This document shows, in pieces, positions 36,142 to 47,400 of a DNA stretch of 64,000 nt. How positions within the stretch are numbered: position 1 is the stretch's first letter; each line of letters begins with the position of its first letter. The translations under genes were made by a program, and so were the position numbers. This DNA is from Entomortierella parvispora E1425 (Eukaryota > Fungi > Mortierellomycota): assembly GCA_020891255.1 (NCBI GenBank), contig BQFW01000008.1, positions 434,001-498,000 of the forward strand, read 5' to 3'. Under the pieces are notes generated by a model. The model did no database searches and was not told the DNA's origin. It saw only the letters and a program-made list of their open reading frames with translations.

Positions 36142-38925
36142 TCATGCTCTAAAGACATGCAGAAGCTTGACAATATACTCTCGGCAGATGGGGCAGGTTC
36201 GAGGACCATCCATGATTTTCTTGCCACTAAAGAGAAGAGGGAAGATAGAAAGGCCGAGAATAATTAGAGTCTAAAGAACGCGCGCACCCCCGGTAACAAA
36301 CAAAAAAAAAAGAGTCGCACAATGCACGCGGGTCTTACCAGTCCATGCAAGTCGACATATGATTGCAATTGAGCATCACGCAATTGAGTGAAGCATCCAA
36401 ACAAATCTTGCACAGATTATCGTCGCCGTTCATAGATTGAGAATCCATACCGTGCGCAGATGAAGTGGGCGACTTTTCCCCGCCTCGCGCGGCAGCAGCG
36501 GCAGCAGCAGCAGCCTCACTGTCTTCCTTCATCTTTTGGGCCGCCTGCTCCGCTTTTGTTTCGGAAATCAGTTGCTTCAATCGGCCCACCAGATCGGTCT
36601 TTTCCACGACTCCAATATAAGACACGCAATTGGTATCCAAAAGTGATTTCAGGACCTTGACCGAGAGCGTTGAGGTATCCACATCCAAAGAAATGATCTC
36701 GTCCAGTGTCAAGACTGCTGTGCTGTGTGTGGTTTGAGGGCCACGGGAAGACACTCGGGGTCGAGAGGAAGAGGAGGAAGTTGGTGGAGGTCGTGGCGGT
36801 GGAGGAGAGGCACGTGCAGGGTCTGGATTTGTCCCTCCTGTTTGACGTGGGTCGGGAGTTTCGCGATGAGTACGCGGATGGTTCGGCTCTGGGGAAGGCG
36901 GGTGCTGATAGGCGTACTCTTGCCGATCCTGAGGTGATCTGAACCCCGAGGAACCTGGAGTTGAGCTGGGCTGTGAGGTTGGCGTAGGTGCCGGCCGAGG
37001 TGCTGTTTGAGGGGTCGGTTGAGGTCGACTCTGGGACTGTGGCGGCGGCGGATTCGCCGCTGCTGGTTTCTTAGCAGTTCTTGGCGACGGCTTAGGTGAC
37101 GGTTTGGGAGAGGGTTGAGGGGAAGATTGACCGCCCGGACGATCGCTGCTGCTGCTGGCTGACGCTTGAGGTCGATCTGAATTATACATTGTACTTGGTC
37201 GATAAGAAGAGGAGGAATAGCTGCTCGACGCACTATTAGACCCATAGGAAGATGTTGGTCGAGAGGGTTGTGCAGGTTGAGGCTGCGGTTGCGGCTGAGA
37301 TTGCATCGGAGGCACTGTTTGCTGCTGCTGATACTGATGCTGCTGCTGGTGCTGCTGTTGGTGTTGGTACTGAGTCTGATGCTGAGGAGGGTATTGTGGA
37401 TACGGCTGCTGTGGCTGTGGCTGAGGCTGAGCCTGCGGGAAAGTTGGACTTGGCTGGCCAGGGAACGGCTGATATGGTGGATATGCTTGATATGGTTGTT
37501 GACTAAACGTTTGTTGTGGATACGCCTGTTGCTGAGGTGGGAATGGTTGATATGGATGAGGAGCTGGCCCATTCTGCGCGTTTGGATATGTGCCAAAGAA
37601 CGACGGTATAGGTCCTGAATGAGGGGATGTGGTAGGGTACTGCTGGTATCCATAGGGCATCCCTTGTGGTGGAGTGTATGGAGGAGAGTTTGGCACTGGC
37701 ATTGCCGTAGGAAAAGGTGTCGATGGGATATAAGGAGGCGTATATGTTGCTCCTGGAGGGGTGGCCGGGAAGGGATTGTAAACTGGTCGATGTCCTCCTG
37801 CAGTGGGTTGAGGCTGTGAACTCCATGCTCTTCCATCCGCAGGTTTTTGTGGCGCCGGTTGCGCTTGAGGAGGTGCCTGAGGTTTCGGTTGTTGTTGTTG
37901 CTTGTACTGCTGTGATCGCGGGCGTTCGGATTGAGTTGCACCACTCGACTGGGGCTTTGGAGCGTTCGGAGGAGTCGCTGTTGGCCCAGCTGAGGTCTTT
38001 CCTTGAGATTGCCCTGGCTGCGATGTTTTGGATTTTCGGGGCGACAGTGGTGTGCCGTCGTTGCCAAAAAGCTTTGAGAAGAATTTATCCATCGATCCCC
38101 GGTCGGCTTCCTGCCACATCCCTCCCACATTCGAGAATTCCTCGTAGAAAGTGGTGGTGTTTTCCACAGTATCTGGCATGTTCTCCCTAAAGTGTGTTTC
38201 TGAAGCCTCTGAGAGGGGACGGTTGCTCTGGATTGCATCGACAAGATCTGTTTATGAGGAGGGTGAAAGCAGCGGTAAGAAAGCCAGATCCAAGAACGGC
38301 ACAGGCTACAGTTGAATTGTCCTTACCCTGTTTCTCTAGCATGCCAAGGATCGAGATGTTATAGGCGGTCAAGTATCCTTTTAAAGTCCTGATATTCAGT
38401 TGAAGCAGCGACGCCTTGTCCATCTTGCAGACTAGAGTGGGGCAAGTAGATAAAACCAGGTTAAACAGCACGGTCTTTGAATTTTTCTTTCATCCCTTCA
38501 AGGACTCCTACCTTGCAGAAAGTGCGCGCAATAGGCACAGCATCGAACAGGCCTAGAGATAGGGACCTTTTCTTGTTAGAAGCATTCTACAACGCGACAA
38601 ACGTGGCGACCACCCCTGCACTAAAAGCGATCCCTCCCTGAAGCCCCTTCCTTGTACCTGAGATGTCCAAAGTGGGGTAAAGGTGTCTTGTATTTGCTGC
38701 AGCTCTCACAGACAACAAGTCCTGTGCAGGTTTGGAAAGAGCATTAGACATTCGCTTCTCTAATCTCATTCAGCATTACTGACATGCGCGTGAGGAGATG
38801 AGGGAGTGCCTACCGCAATTGTAGCAATTCTTCTTGTTGGTAAAGATCCCAAAGTTCTTCCCGCACCTGTCACAGTCGTTCGAGTCAACTTTCAGAGAGG
38901 GAGGCGAGCGCCTCGTTGTGGTCAT
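36142..38925 (-). CDS. FYVE-like + SAP-like + RING E3 ubiquitin ligase (RNF34/RFFL-like)
   Basis: N-terminal CDRC..KKNCYNCG|LVVCESC..RCCAYC zinc finger, two LxxxLKxxL...GxxEKxDLV repeats, a Q/P-rich linker, and RING CKICLD..CVMLNCNHMSTCMDC|GKKI..CPICREYIVKLLHVFRA*. Confidence 0.82.
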
Positions 38926-40619
38926 CCTTGCAGTCCTTTAGTCCTGTGAGAGAGGGGAGCGAAGGGAGAGGCAGGGGGGAGAGAGACAGAGAGGCATCCT
39001 TTCACCACAGGCACTGTGCACAAAATAAAAGAGAGCCAGCCATCGCCACACGTCCCACGACCATGACAATTGATTTTATTCCTGAATTCAGGAACAGGAA
39101 CTGTTGATCGGCGCTCGTGATGGCGTTTCTTTGTTTGCAGGGACGCGTCTTTGTTCAGAAACATCTTTTCCCTCATGCTTGACCTACTGTACCTTGCTCG
39201 GACCCACGCCTTTCTAGTCAGAATCACGTACGAAACCGTGACAGGGGTCTTGTTCCATGGCACGATCAGGGACGTTCACTCACTCATAGACCAACACCAA
39301 TACAGCGGCCGTACTGCGCTGTGTGCCATGCCCTCGATTCAAGGTCTCGAAGCCGATGGCGTTTATCCCCGGAAAGAAACGTTTTCCACTGTGTATACAA
39401 GGTCAGACTCGAGCAAGGGACCAATACGTTCACGACCCTGCCTGTTATTCATACTGATATTCTAATGGGAGTCACTGTTAAACAGACGCTGGATCATTGC
39501 TTGTGCAGGGCACAGGGCTTGAGTGGTGCCGTAAAACGCGGGAAGGGCGATGGGCGGGAACAAAAACGCGTCTTAGAATCTATGATTCACATTGATTAGA
39601 AAAGCCGCAGGTTCGTCTTTTTTGCCGAGACATATCCCAAAGGCATAAGTAAGCGCTTTCATTCATGCTAACTGAGGTCTTGTAGCAAGGTGATCGACTC
39701 TGCTCTTCGACCAAGGAGCATGCTTAGCTGCGCACGTACAATTCATCCACGACAGAGACGATTCGTGTTCTCTTTGAATTTCCATTTAGTCCCCACTTCG
39801 CCTTATAATTGAATCATCGTAGGAGGGCAGGGGCAGAAGAGAAGCTGACGGTGCCGAGCAGGAGATGCGTAATCTTGAACCAGTGCCTTTACAATAGGAC
39901 AACAGACGGGATTCTCTCTCTTTTTTTTTTTTTTTTTTTTTTTTTTGGAGGGTGTCTCAGTTTAATCAAAATCCCGACAGAGGAACATCGCCCTTCAGTC
40001 GCCGAACCCATGGCGCGGATGGAAAAGAATTGCTTTGGGTGGTGCGAATTCTGGAACACTTCTTGTGGCAGCGGAAGGTTCACTCCAACTCGCTCTACCA
40101 TTTGCTCCGATGGGGGGAAAAGAAAAGCCCTTTGGTCAACCTCAGATGCCCCTCCCTCGGCGTTTCCAAGTATTAACGCAAAAATAAAATAAAATTCATT
40201 CATCATGACGTGAACATGCCCGTCCATTGCGCGCTTATGGAAGCGGCCCATGCATCAGCTGTGCCTCTGCGAGCCCCAGCTTGACTATAGTTCAAGGCGC
40301 GCCATTTGCTAGAATCATCAATGGCTCCCTGGCCAACCGGCCATTGAAAAAAAAGTACATGTGTTAAACTGGATCACGGAAGGGACACGATCCAGAGGGA
40401 AAGGGTGGCCCGGTCCATTGACAAGAGTTTCACAGGGTTGTGTTGCGCAATTCGTTTGTTCCAGGCACAGGAACGCGCGGTCCATACCTCGCGTGCGTTC
40501 GCCTTTTTTCATATAAAGTGATAAGGATCTCCTCGATCTTCGTCTCTTTTTTTTTTGTTCTATCCTCAACACTCAAGTGTCCGTCAATCCCTTCTCCTTC
40601 TTTGTACACATTATTCAAA

Positions 40620-41510
40620 ATGGCCATCTATTCTCTTGCCATCCTGGCTGCTTCCCTTTTGGGCGCCATGGCTGCTCCCATCTCTCACGGCTCCTCGATC
40701 GCCGTGACCGACAAGCACTACTCTGGTGTTGGAACTCTGTATGATGATCGATCTATCCGTGGTGCTTGCGACAATATCCATTATTCCTTGGATCAGCCCT
40801 TTGTGGCTGTGAGCGCCGACAAGTTTGGAGGACTCAAGGGAAACAAGAACGTTTGCGGTCAGTACGTCAAGGCCAACCGCGCCGACAACCCCAACAAGAC
40901 TTACGAGTTCAAGATTGTTGATGTTTGTGAGGACTGCGATGACGATTCCTTGGACTTTTCCGAGTCGGCTCTTCGCACTTTCACTAACAAGGATAGCCTC
41001 GATATCGAGTGGGAGCTCGTAGGAGACAAGGAGGATCAGGAGGAAAATGAGGAGGATGAAGAGGAGGACAAGCCAGTCAGCAAGTCTCACGGCAAGGACA
41101 AGAAGAAGGAATTGGACGAAGAGGACGAGGAGAAGGATGACGAGGATGACAAGGATGACAAGGATGATGACAAAGAAGACAAGCACCGTCATTCGGACTC
41201 GGTTTACCATGGCCGTGGCACCTGGTTTAGCGACACCCATGGATCCTGTGGAGAGGACTTTTCTCAGGACGATATGATTGTCGCCTTGAACGAGGCTCAA
41301 ATGGGCCAGCAGTCTGGCTCCGGTTCCAAATGCGGTCAAAAGATTCGCGTCTCTGCCAAGGGTTCCTCGGCTTCCGTCGTGGTTCGCGTCGTCGATACCT
41401 GCCCTAGCCGTTACTGCAGTCACGGACAGCTCGATCTCTCTCGCAAGGCGTTCCAGAAGTTTGCCTCCTTGTCCAAGGGTGTTCTTGAGCTGGAGTGGTC
41501 CTTTGTTTAA
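40620..41510 (+). CDS. secreted RlpA-like/expansin-related protein with two DPBB domains
   Basis: Signal peptide MAIYSLAILAASLLGAMAAP. Domain 1: GACD..CGQ..IVDVCEDC..SLDFS. Acidic D/E/K linker. Domain 2: GRGTWF..GSCG..IVALN..KCGQ..VVDTCP..LDLSRKAF. Intronless. Confidence 0.88.
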   Translation: MAIYSLAILAASLLGAMAAPISHGSSIAVTDKHYSGVGTLYDDRSIRGACDNIHYSLDQPFVAVSADKFGGLKGNKNVCGQYVKANRADNPNKTYEFKIVDVCEDCDDDSLDFSESALRTFTNKDSLDIEWELVGDKEDQEENEEDEEEDKPVSKSHGKDKKKELDEEDEEKDDEDDKDDKDDDKEDKHRHSDSVYHGRGTWFSDTHGSCGEDFSQDDMIVALNEAQMGQQSGSGSKCGQKIRVSAKGSSASVVVRVVDTCPSRYCSHGQLDLSRKAFQKFASLSKGVLELEWSFV

Positions 41511-41897
41511 AAGAACCATTGGATATTTTGTTTGGTTTTCTTTTTCAGTTCTCATAGTTTCATTTTCTCCTGCACATATCCATTACCCCTCCACTCTCAC
41601 AAACAACCTGCATTGGCCCCCCACAGGGCCAAACTCATACGTACTGTACCATACTCATATTTCATGATAAACACCCATTCAACCATCCAGACCTTGATAC
41701 GCCATTGATGCACGTAACATACATGTAAAGTTTGAACGTCTTTTTACACAGGTGGTGTTTATTACAATGAGAAATGAGAGTCGATTAAGGCGGGGATAAT
41801 ATAGTAAAAGGTGTGTGTGGGGGGGTGATATCTTTTTGGGCTTGCTCCAAAGAACAGCCTACTTGTGTCAGCGCTTGTCAGTTTTTTGTTAGTCCTT

Positions 41898-43588
41898 TCA
41901 AGAGCGCTGCTTCTTGTGAATGTGCTCAGGTGCCACAGCGGGTGATTCGTCATCATCACTTCTGTCGTCGACCACGCCTCCTTTGCTGGCAAACATCTTG
42001 TAGACGATTCTGAAGATGGACCAGAGCCAAAAGAACATGAGGGACTGGAGCACCAAGAGAAGTCCAATGATACCCCAATGGGTGATCCTGGAGTAGTATT
42101 CGCCTCCGTGAAGGGTCCAGGCGTAGATGATGTATCCGTAAAGGAAATGGCGAGTGTAGATCCAGATGACCATGAAACAGGCAAAGATAGGATCGCAGAT
42201 CATGTCGGGCATTCCAATGTACTTTAAGCACTTGCCGAACGCCAGCACGATATCGGCGAGATCCATGGCCACAAACACTGCGTTTCCAAAGGTCGTCACG
42301 TTCAGGACCAAAGAGCAAATAATGAGCGAGGCCGTGACGAGATGGTGACTGATGAGGTCAACAAAAAAAAAAAGATAGAAAAGAGAAGGGTTGGCCAGAG
42401 CGCACGTTAGCACAGCAGGCAGACACTAGCAAGCACCCTTGAAAAAAAAAAAGAGAATCAAGTGCAGAAATAGAATATCTCCTGGGGAATTGAAGTGGGA
42501 TGACGAACCTGATCATGGCCAAGAAATCTTTGCGGGGAGCCTCAATGCAGAGAACAAACATCTGCTGGATCCAGAACGAGAACTGCAACCAATAGTAGTA
42601 CTTGGTAATGAGGGGAAGGGCGGTCAGGGGATAGCTGTCAAAGAACTGATCCGTGTGGAACCAGACGAGCCAGTTGTTCCATGAAGGTGTAAGTTGGAGA
42701 CAATACTAAAGAAGCACAAAAAGTCAAAAGGCAAGGGCGGGTAATTGTGGTCAGTAAGCGTTGATCCGAGGGTTGTTTTCTGGAGATGGGCAACATACGG
42801 TCGGGCCTCCAACACCGTGTGTATTGGGATACATTGTCCGATTTAGGGTCAACCGGATTGGAGAGAAACATCCCACAACAAACGAGACGTGCTCAATTGT
42901 TACGATCTCAGCAGCTTAGCAGCCCTGCAGCCCTCGGGAAAGCCAAAAGACGAAAAAGAAAAAGAACAAAAAAAAAAAAAAAACTCACCATGCCAAGAAC
43001 CCAACTGCAAGAGTAGTAGAGACAGATCCAGCCCTGCTCTGCGAATCGAAGGACAGACCTTTCCGTAGTAGCGCCAAGACGTCTGGCTGTTGGCATGAGG
43101 ACGTAGGTCATGACAGAAGCTCGCAGGAAGGTGAAAGTCAGGACCCAGAAGACCAAGAAGTAGAGGTCGTACCAAGACTTTTCGTAGGTGTCCGTGGCTG
43201 CGTCATACTCCTGGAAGAACAGAAACTTTTTGGCAAAAGAGTTTGGAAAGACGAGATAAGTTCCAATGATGGCAAGAATGATCACCAACGGTCCGTCTAT
43301 TTTGAGTTGCAACGAGGGCAAGAGTGGGAGGTTAGTTTTGTGTTCGTGTGAAAAGAGGCAGAATGAGATTCGACGGCGTGGTTCGTTCGAAGGTGCCACA
43401 ACAAGTCAAAGTACAATTGACCAAGGAAAGCACATGGAAAAGGGGGTGGCGAGGTGTTGCGTACCGATTTGGTGTCTATCCAAGGTGCCCAAGAGTCCCT
43501 TTCTGCGATGGACAACTGCGGTAGGAGCGGGAAGGGTATCGAGGTGCCCTTGGGCCTTTGGGGACCGCTTTGTGGAGGAGGAAGCCAT
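41898..43588 (-). CDS. LAG1: ceramide synthase (Lag1/Lac1, TLC domain)
   Basis: RFAEQGWICLYY, Lag1 motif PRKDF..MI.HHLVT, GNAVFVAMDLADI, WIYTRH and LQSLMFFW. Multi-exon. Confidence 0.92.
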
Positions 43589-43741
43589 TCGAGGGGATCA
43601 AGGAATGGAGATGAATGAAGGGGGTGGAATGAGATGAGAGAAACGGAGAGAGGGAAGGGGGGAGAAAAAGAAGAGGAAAGGGAGGAAGGAAAGAAGGAAG
43701 AGAATAAGACTGTGTTCAAGAGAAGAGAAAAAAAGGAGGAC

Positions 43742-43777
43742 AGGAGGAGGAGGAGGAGGAGGAGGAGGAGGAGGAGG
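43742..43777. repeat. (AGG)n trinucleotide microsatellite
   Basis: About 12 AGG units in the LAG1-CFT1 divergent intergenic region. Confidence 0.9.
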
Positions 43778-44412
43778 GGCACGAGAACAAGTTTTGATCC
43801 TTTTAAGAAAACTTCAGAGTGAATCCGGGATAAAAGCGGCCCTGGCTGTCCCTGAAAGGGACCAGCGGGCAGGCGGGCGAGGGCGAGCGCATCATGGCAT
43901 GACGAACTGCGACCAGAAACCAGACAACAAGACCAAGGACAAGAGACAGAGAGACAGACACGAAGGGACAGGCACCACAAGTAAAGTGAAAAAAAAAAAA
44001 AAAAAAAAAAAGAAAGGTGTCGGCGGAGAATCAACTCTTTCAGCATTTTCCTTTCTGTGTGTGCTGCGCTGCAAAACGTTTTGCCACTCACTTCGATCAC
44101 CATCAGAGCTTGGATGTCATGCACGTGACGCGGTGGCTTGGGCCTCTTCTTTGTCGCGCAAAGTGTGCTGTCCGCATGGTGCACCTCGAGCAGGCGACCC
44201 TTGTCCTTTTTTTTTTTTTTTTTGTTCTTGTCTGTCTCCTGTCTTCCTCTTTCAAACGTCCATTCCTTCGACCCTTCTCTCGACCGCAACCTCTCCCTCG
44301 ACCCCACCTGCGCTGACACGCGTTCTCAAGGAGAGAAAACACCCCTGCTGCCCTGCTGAAAGGAGGCTCAACAAACAGGACATCGGACTCAGGAACATTT
44401 CAACCTTGACCA

Positions 44413-47400
44413 ATGTCAATGTACACTCTCGCCAAGGAGATCTTCCCTCCTACTGGCATTGAGCGCGTGGTCCGATGCAACTTTGTGAGACCCGACATCC
44501 TCAATGTCATTGTCGCAAAGTCATCCGTCCTCGAGATTTACAACTTCCAAGAGCCAGCGCAGGCAGATCAGTTGCCGCGATTGGAGATGGTTGCCACCTA
44601 TCGACTGAATGGCATCATCACCTCCATGGGAGTTATTCGCACAAGCTCCTCTGGTCAGCATGGACTGGACAGTATTCTCGTCAGTTTCAAGGACGCAAAG
44701 GTTTGTGGCTGCAGCTTTGTTCTTTCTCGCGAATCCAGCTCCCAAGTCTATCCTCTCAGAGAACTCGTTGACTTGAATAAAAATGCAACATTTTTACCAA
44801 TCAAGAAAAACCGACGCGGCTTTCTTTGTTTTTTTATCGTATCCATTCTAGATGTCCCTGTTGGAATGGTCATTCTCGAACCATAGCATTGTCACAGTGT
44901 CGATCCATTACTACGAAAGAGACGACTACAAGGTAAAATCTCTTGGCTCCAATGGAACAAAAGGCTTTCTCAGATCGTTCTCGAAGTCGTCATCTAATTC
45001 GACTTTATGCTCCAAATAGCAAGAGTTTTTGAACAACACGCACCCTACAGAGCTTCGTGTGGATCCCTCCCGTAGATGTGCAGTCTTGGCGTTTTATGGT
45101 GATCGCTTGGCAGTACTTCCTTTTCGTCAGGATGAAACATCGATTGGAGATGAGGATGACGCTTCAAAGTAAGGCGCGATATTGAATCAAAAATGTAGAA
45201 AGAAACATCGGACCAGCGACTGATCTTCTTAACTATGTTCTTTGTAGGAAATGGCCATACCTGCCAAGTTATGTGATGACCTTGTCGGATATCGACGTCA
45301 GGATTAAAAACGTCATCGACATGGTGTTCCTCTACGACTTTTTTGAGCCGACGCTCGCCATCTTGTTCTCGCCACAACAGACATGGACAGGGTAAATAGA
45401 CCAGCACTCATAGGGATACATTGAAGTTGTACTATTCAGGAAAGCCACCGTATGCTAACAACAATACATTTTAATCTTTAGACGTCTTGCCGTTCGAAAG
45501 GATACCTGCTCATTGGTGGTGGTGTCGCTCAACGTGGCGCACAAAACGTACCCGATTATTTACTCTATCGACGATCTTCCTTACGACTGCACAAAGATTA
45601 TCGCTGTCCCCAAGCCCGTCGGAGGTCTTTTGGTTGTCTCTGCCAACGGTTTTATTCATCTGGACCAAAGTTCTTCAGGAACAGGAGTCGCCGTCAATGG
45701 ATATGCTCCCATGATCACAGCCTACCCTCTGGTATCTCAGCATCATTTTGATATTGCATTGGAGGGTTCAGAGCACGTTTTTCTTGCGCCGGATCAAATT
45801 CTTTTCACTCTCAGGGATGGCGAGATGTATGTTGTCGAACTTCAACAGGAGGGAAGATCGCTTTCTGGATTCAGAATCGAAAAGGCAGGAAAGAGTATGC
45901 AAACTTCATGCAAGTGCTCCTTGGGACCTGGATATTATTTTGTCGGATCTCGGTATGCAGACTCTATGCTGATCAAGTACTCGACCAAAGATCAAGTCAA
46001 GGTACAAATGATTCCGTTCTTGCAATCAGATGCTTCAAGGAGGGGCATAGAAGACATTGTTAACTTTATTGAATTTTTCCTAGAAAAAGAAAAAGAGGGC
46101 TGTGCTATCGTCAAACGCCATGGACTTGGACAATGGTAATCCTCGAGAGCATCATTAACTGTGGTGGCCTGTTTTGGGAACCAACTCTAATTTTTTTTTT
46201 TTTTTTTGCTGTATAGAACTTTATGGGGACGCGCCTCTGAAGGAAGAGGAGACTGACAAGTCCAAGGATGAGATCGAATCTGCTATGGATGCAGGAGAAT
46301 CGAAGTGGCAGTTCGAGATTTGTGATACCATTACAAACACTGGACCTATCGTTGGAACTGATGTCGGTCAAAGGGCCAGCAATGTAAGGAACTTCGTTTC
46401 TGATGCTGTTTATTTTGAGAATCAATGAATATCGTTCAGTAACTAACTCTGATTCCATTATCATTGTGATAACTAGGAGGCGGTATGGAAAATATGACAA
46501 GGATGTGGACTCTGGTTTGTGGAAGATGCCCTTTTTGACCTCTGGCTGTTGCTTTTGTAATTCGATATAGCATTCTGGATATGCCCCGCAACATGAGCTT
46601 GTTGCTGCAACGGGTTCGGGACAAAATGGATCGCTTGTTGTCTTTCAGGTAAGCGCTCTTAGGCACAAGCGAATATCTGCTATATTCAAACGCTTCTCGT
46701 CTTACATATGGTTTATCATCGTCATTTAATAGAGAAACATTCGGCCCAATGTGGTTCGCTCGACCGAGGCATTGGCTGGAGCTACTTGTCTTTGGACTGT
46801 ATTCTGTCGCAGGGAAATTAACTTTGAAGGAGTGTCACAGTTCGAAAGTAGAAATGGACGCGGAATGGGCGATGGAGACGAGGGCTACGATAAACTGCTG
46901 GTCATTTCCAAGACCACTTATACACTGGTATGTTTCATTACTTTGGATGGTATTTGGCTGCCACTGTGAGTGACGATTACTTAGTACAATCTGTTCTTCT
47001 CTCCATAGGTCCTGGCAACAGGCGACGAGCTGCGTCAATTACCCTCTTCCCAATTCTATGTCGAAGGCCCTACTGTCGCTGTGGGATCCCTGCTGGAGGA
47101 GACTCGGATAGTACAGGTCTATTCCAGTGGGGTGCGCCTTTTGAACGCCGGTAAGTCTAGAAAACTGCCATGTCGGTTTTGTTTTGAGGACGCCCTTGCA
47201 CTCGGTATCTCTAACAGGCTATCGTCGTCATTTAGATTGCAAAATCACACAAATCGTACCCATTGGCGAGCATCTCTCTATCGTCGCTGCAAGCATTGTA
47301 GACCCATATATTCTTTTGCAGCTTCACGATGGGTCAGCTTTGCTTCTGAAAGGAGATATGAGCACAAAGGACGTGTCAATTCTGAGTCAATCGTCCATTT

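Noticed and set aside
36709-38244. 511-aa alternative-frame ORF and several antisense ORFs
   Set aside because: They overlap the low-complexity Q/P region of the RING gene, where stop-poor alternative frames are expected.
39151-39465. 104-aa plus-strand ORF upstream of the RING gene
   Set aside because: It starts at TTG, has no recognisable domain and no convincing upstream exon.
40611-41555. 314-aa antisense ORF
   Set aside because: It is the mirror of the DPBB gene's biased codon usage and has no independent features.
43297-44462. 340-aa and 222-aa ORFs in the LAG1-CFT1 divergent region
   Set aside because: They are composed of microsatellite and poly-purine/pyrimidine translations (runs of L, F, S, K, R), not protein-like sequence.
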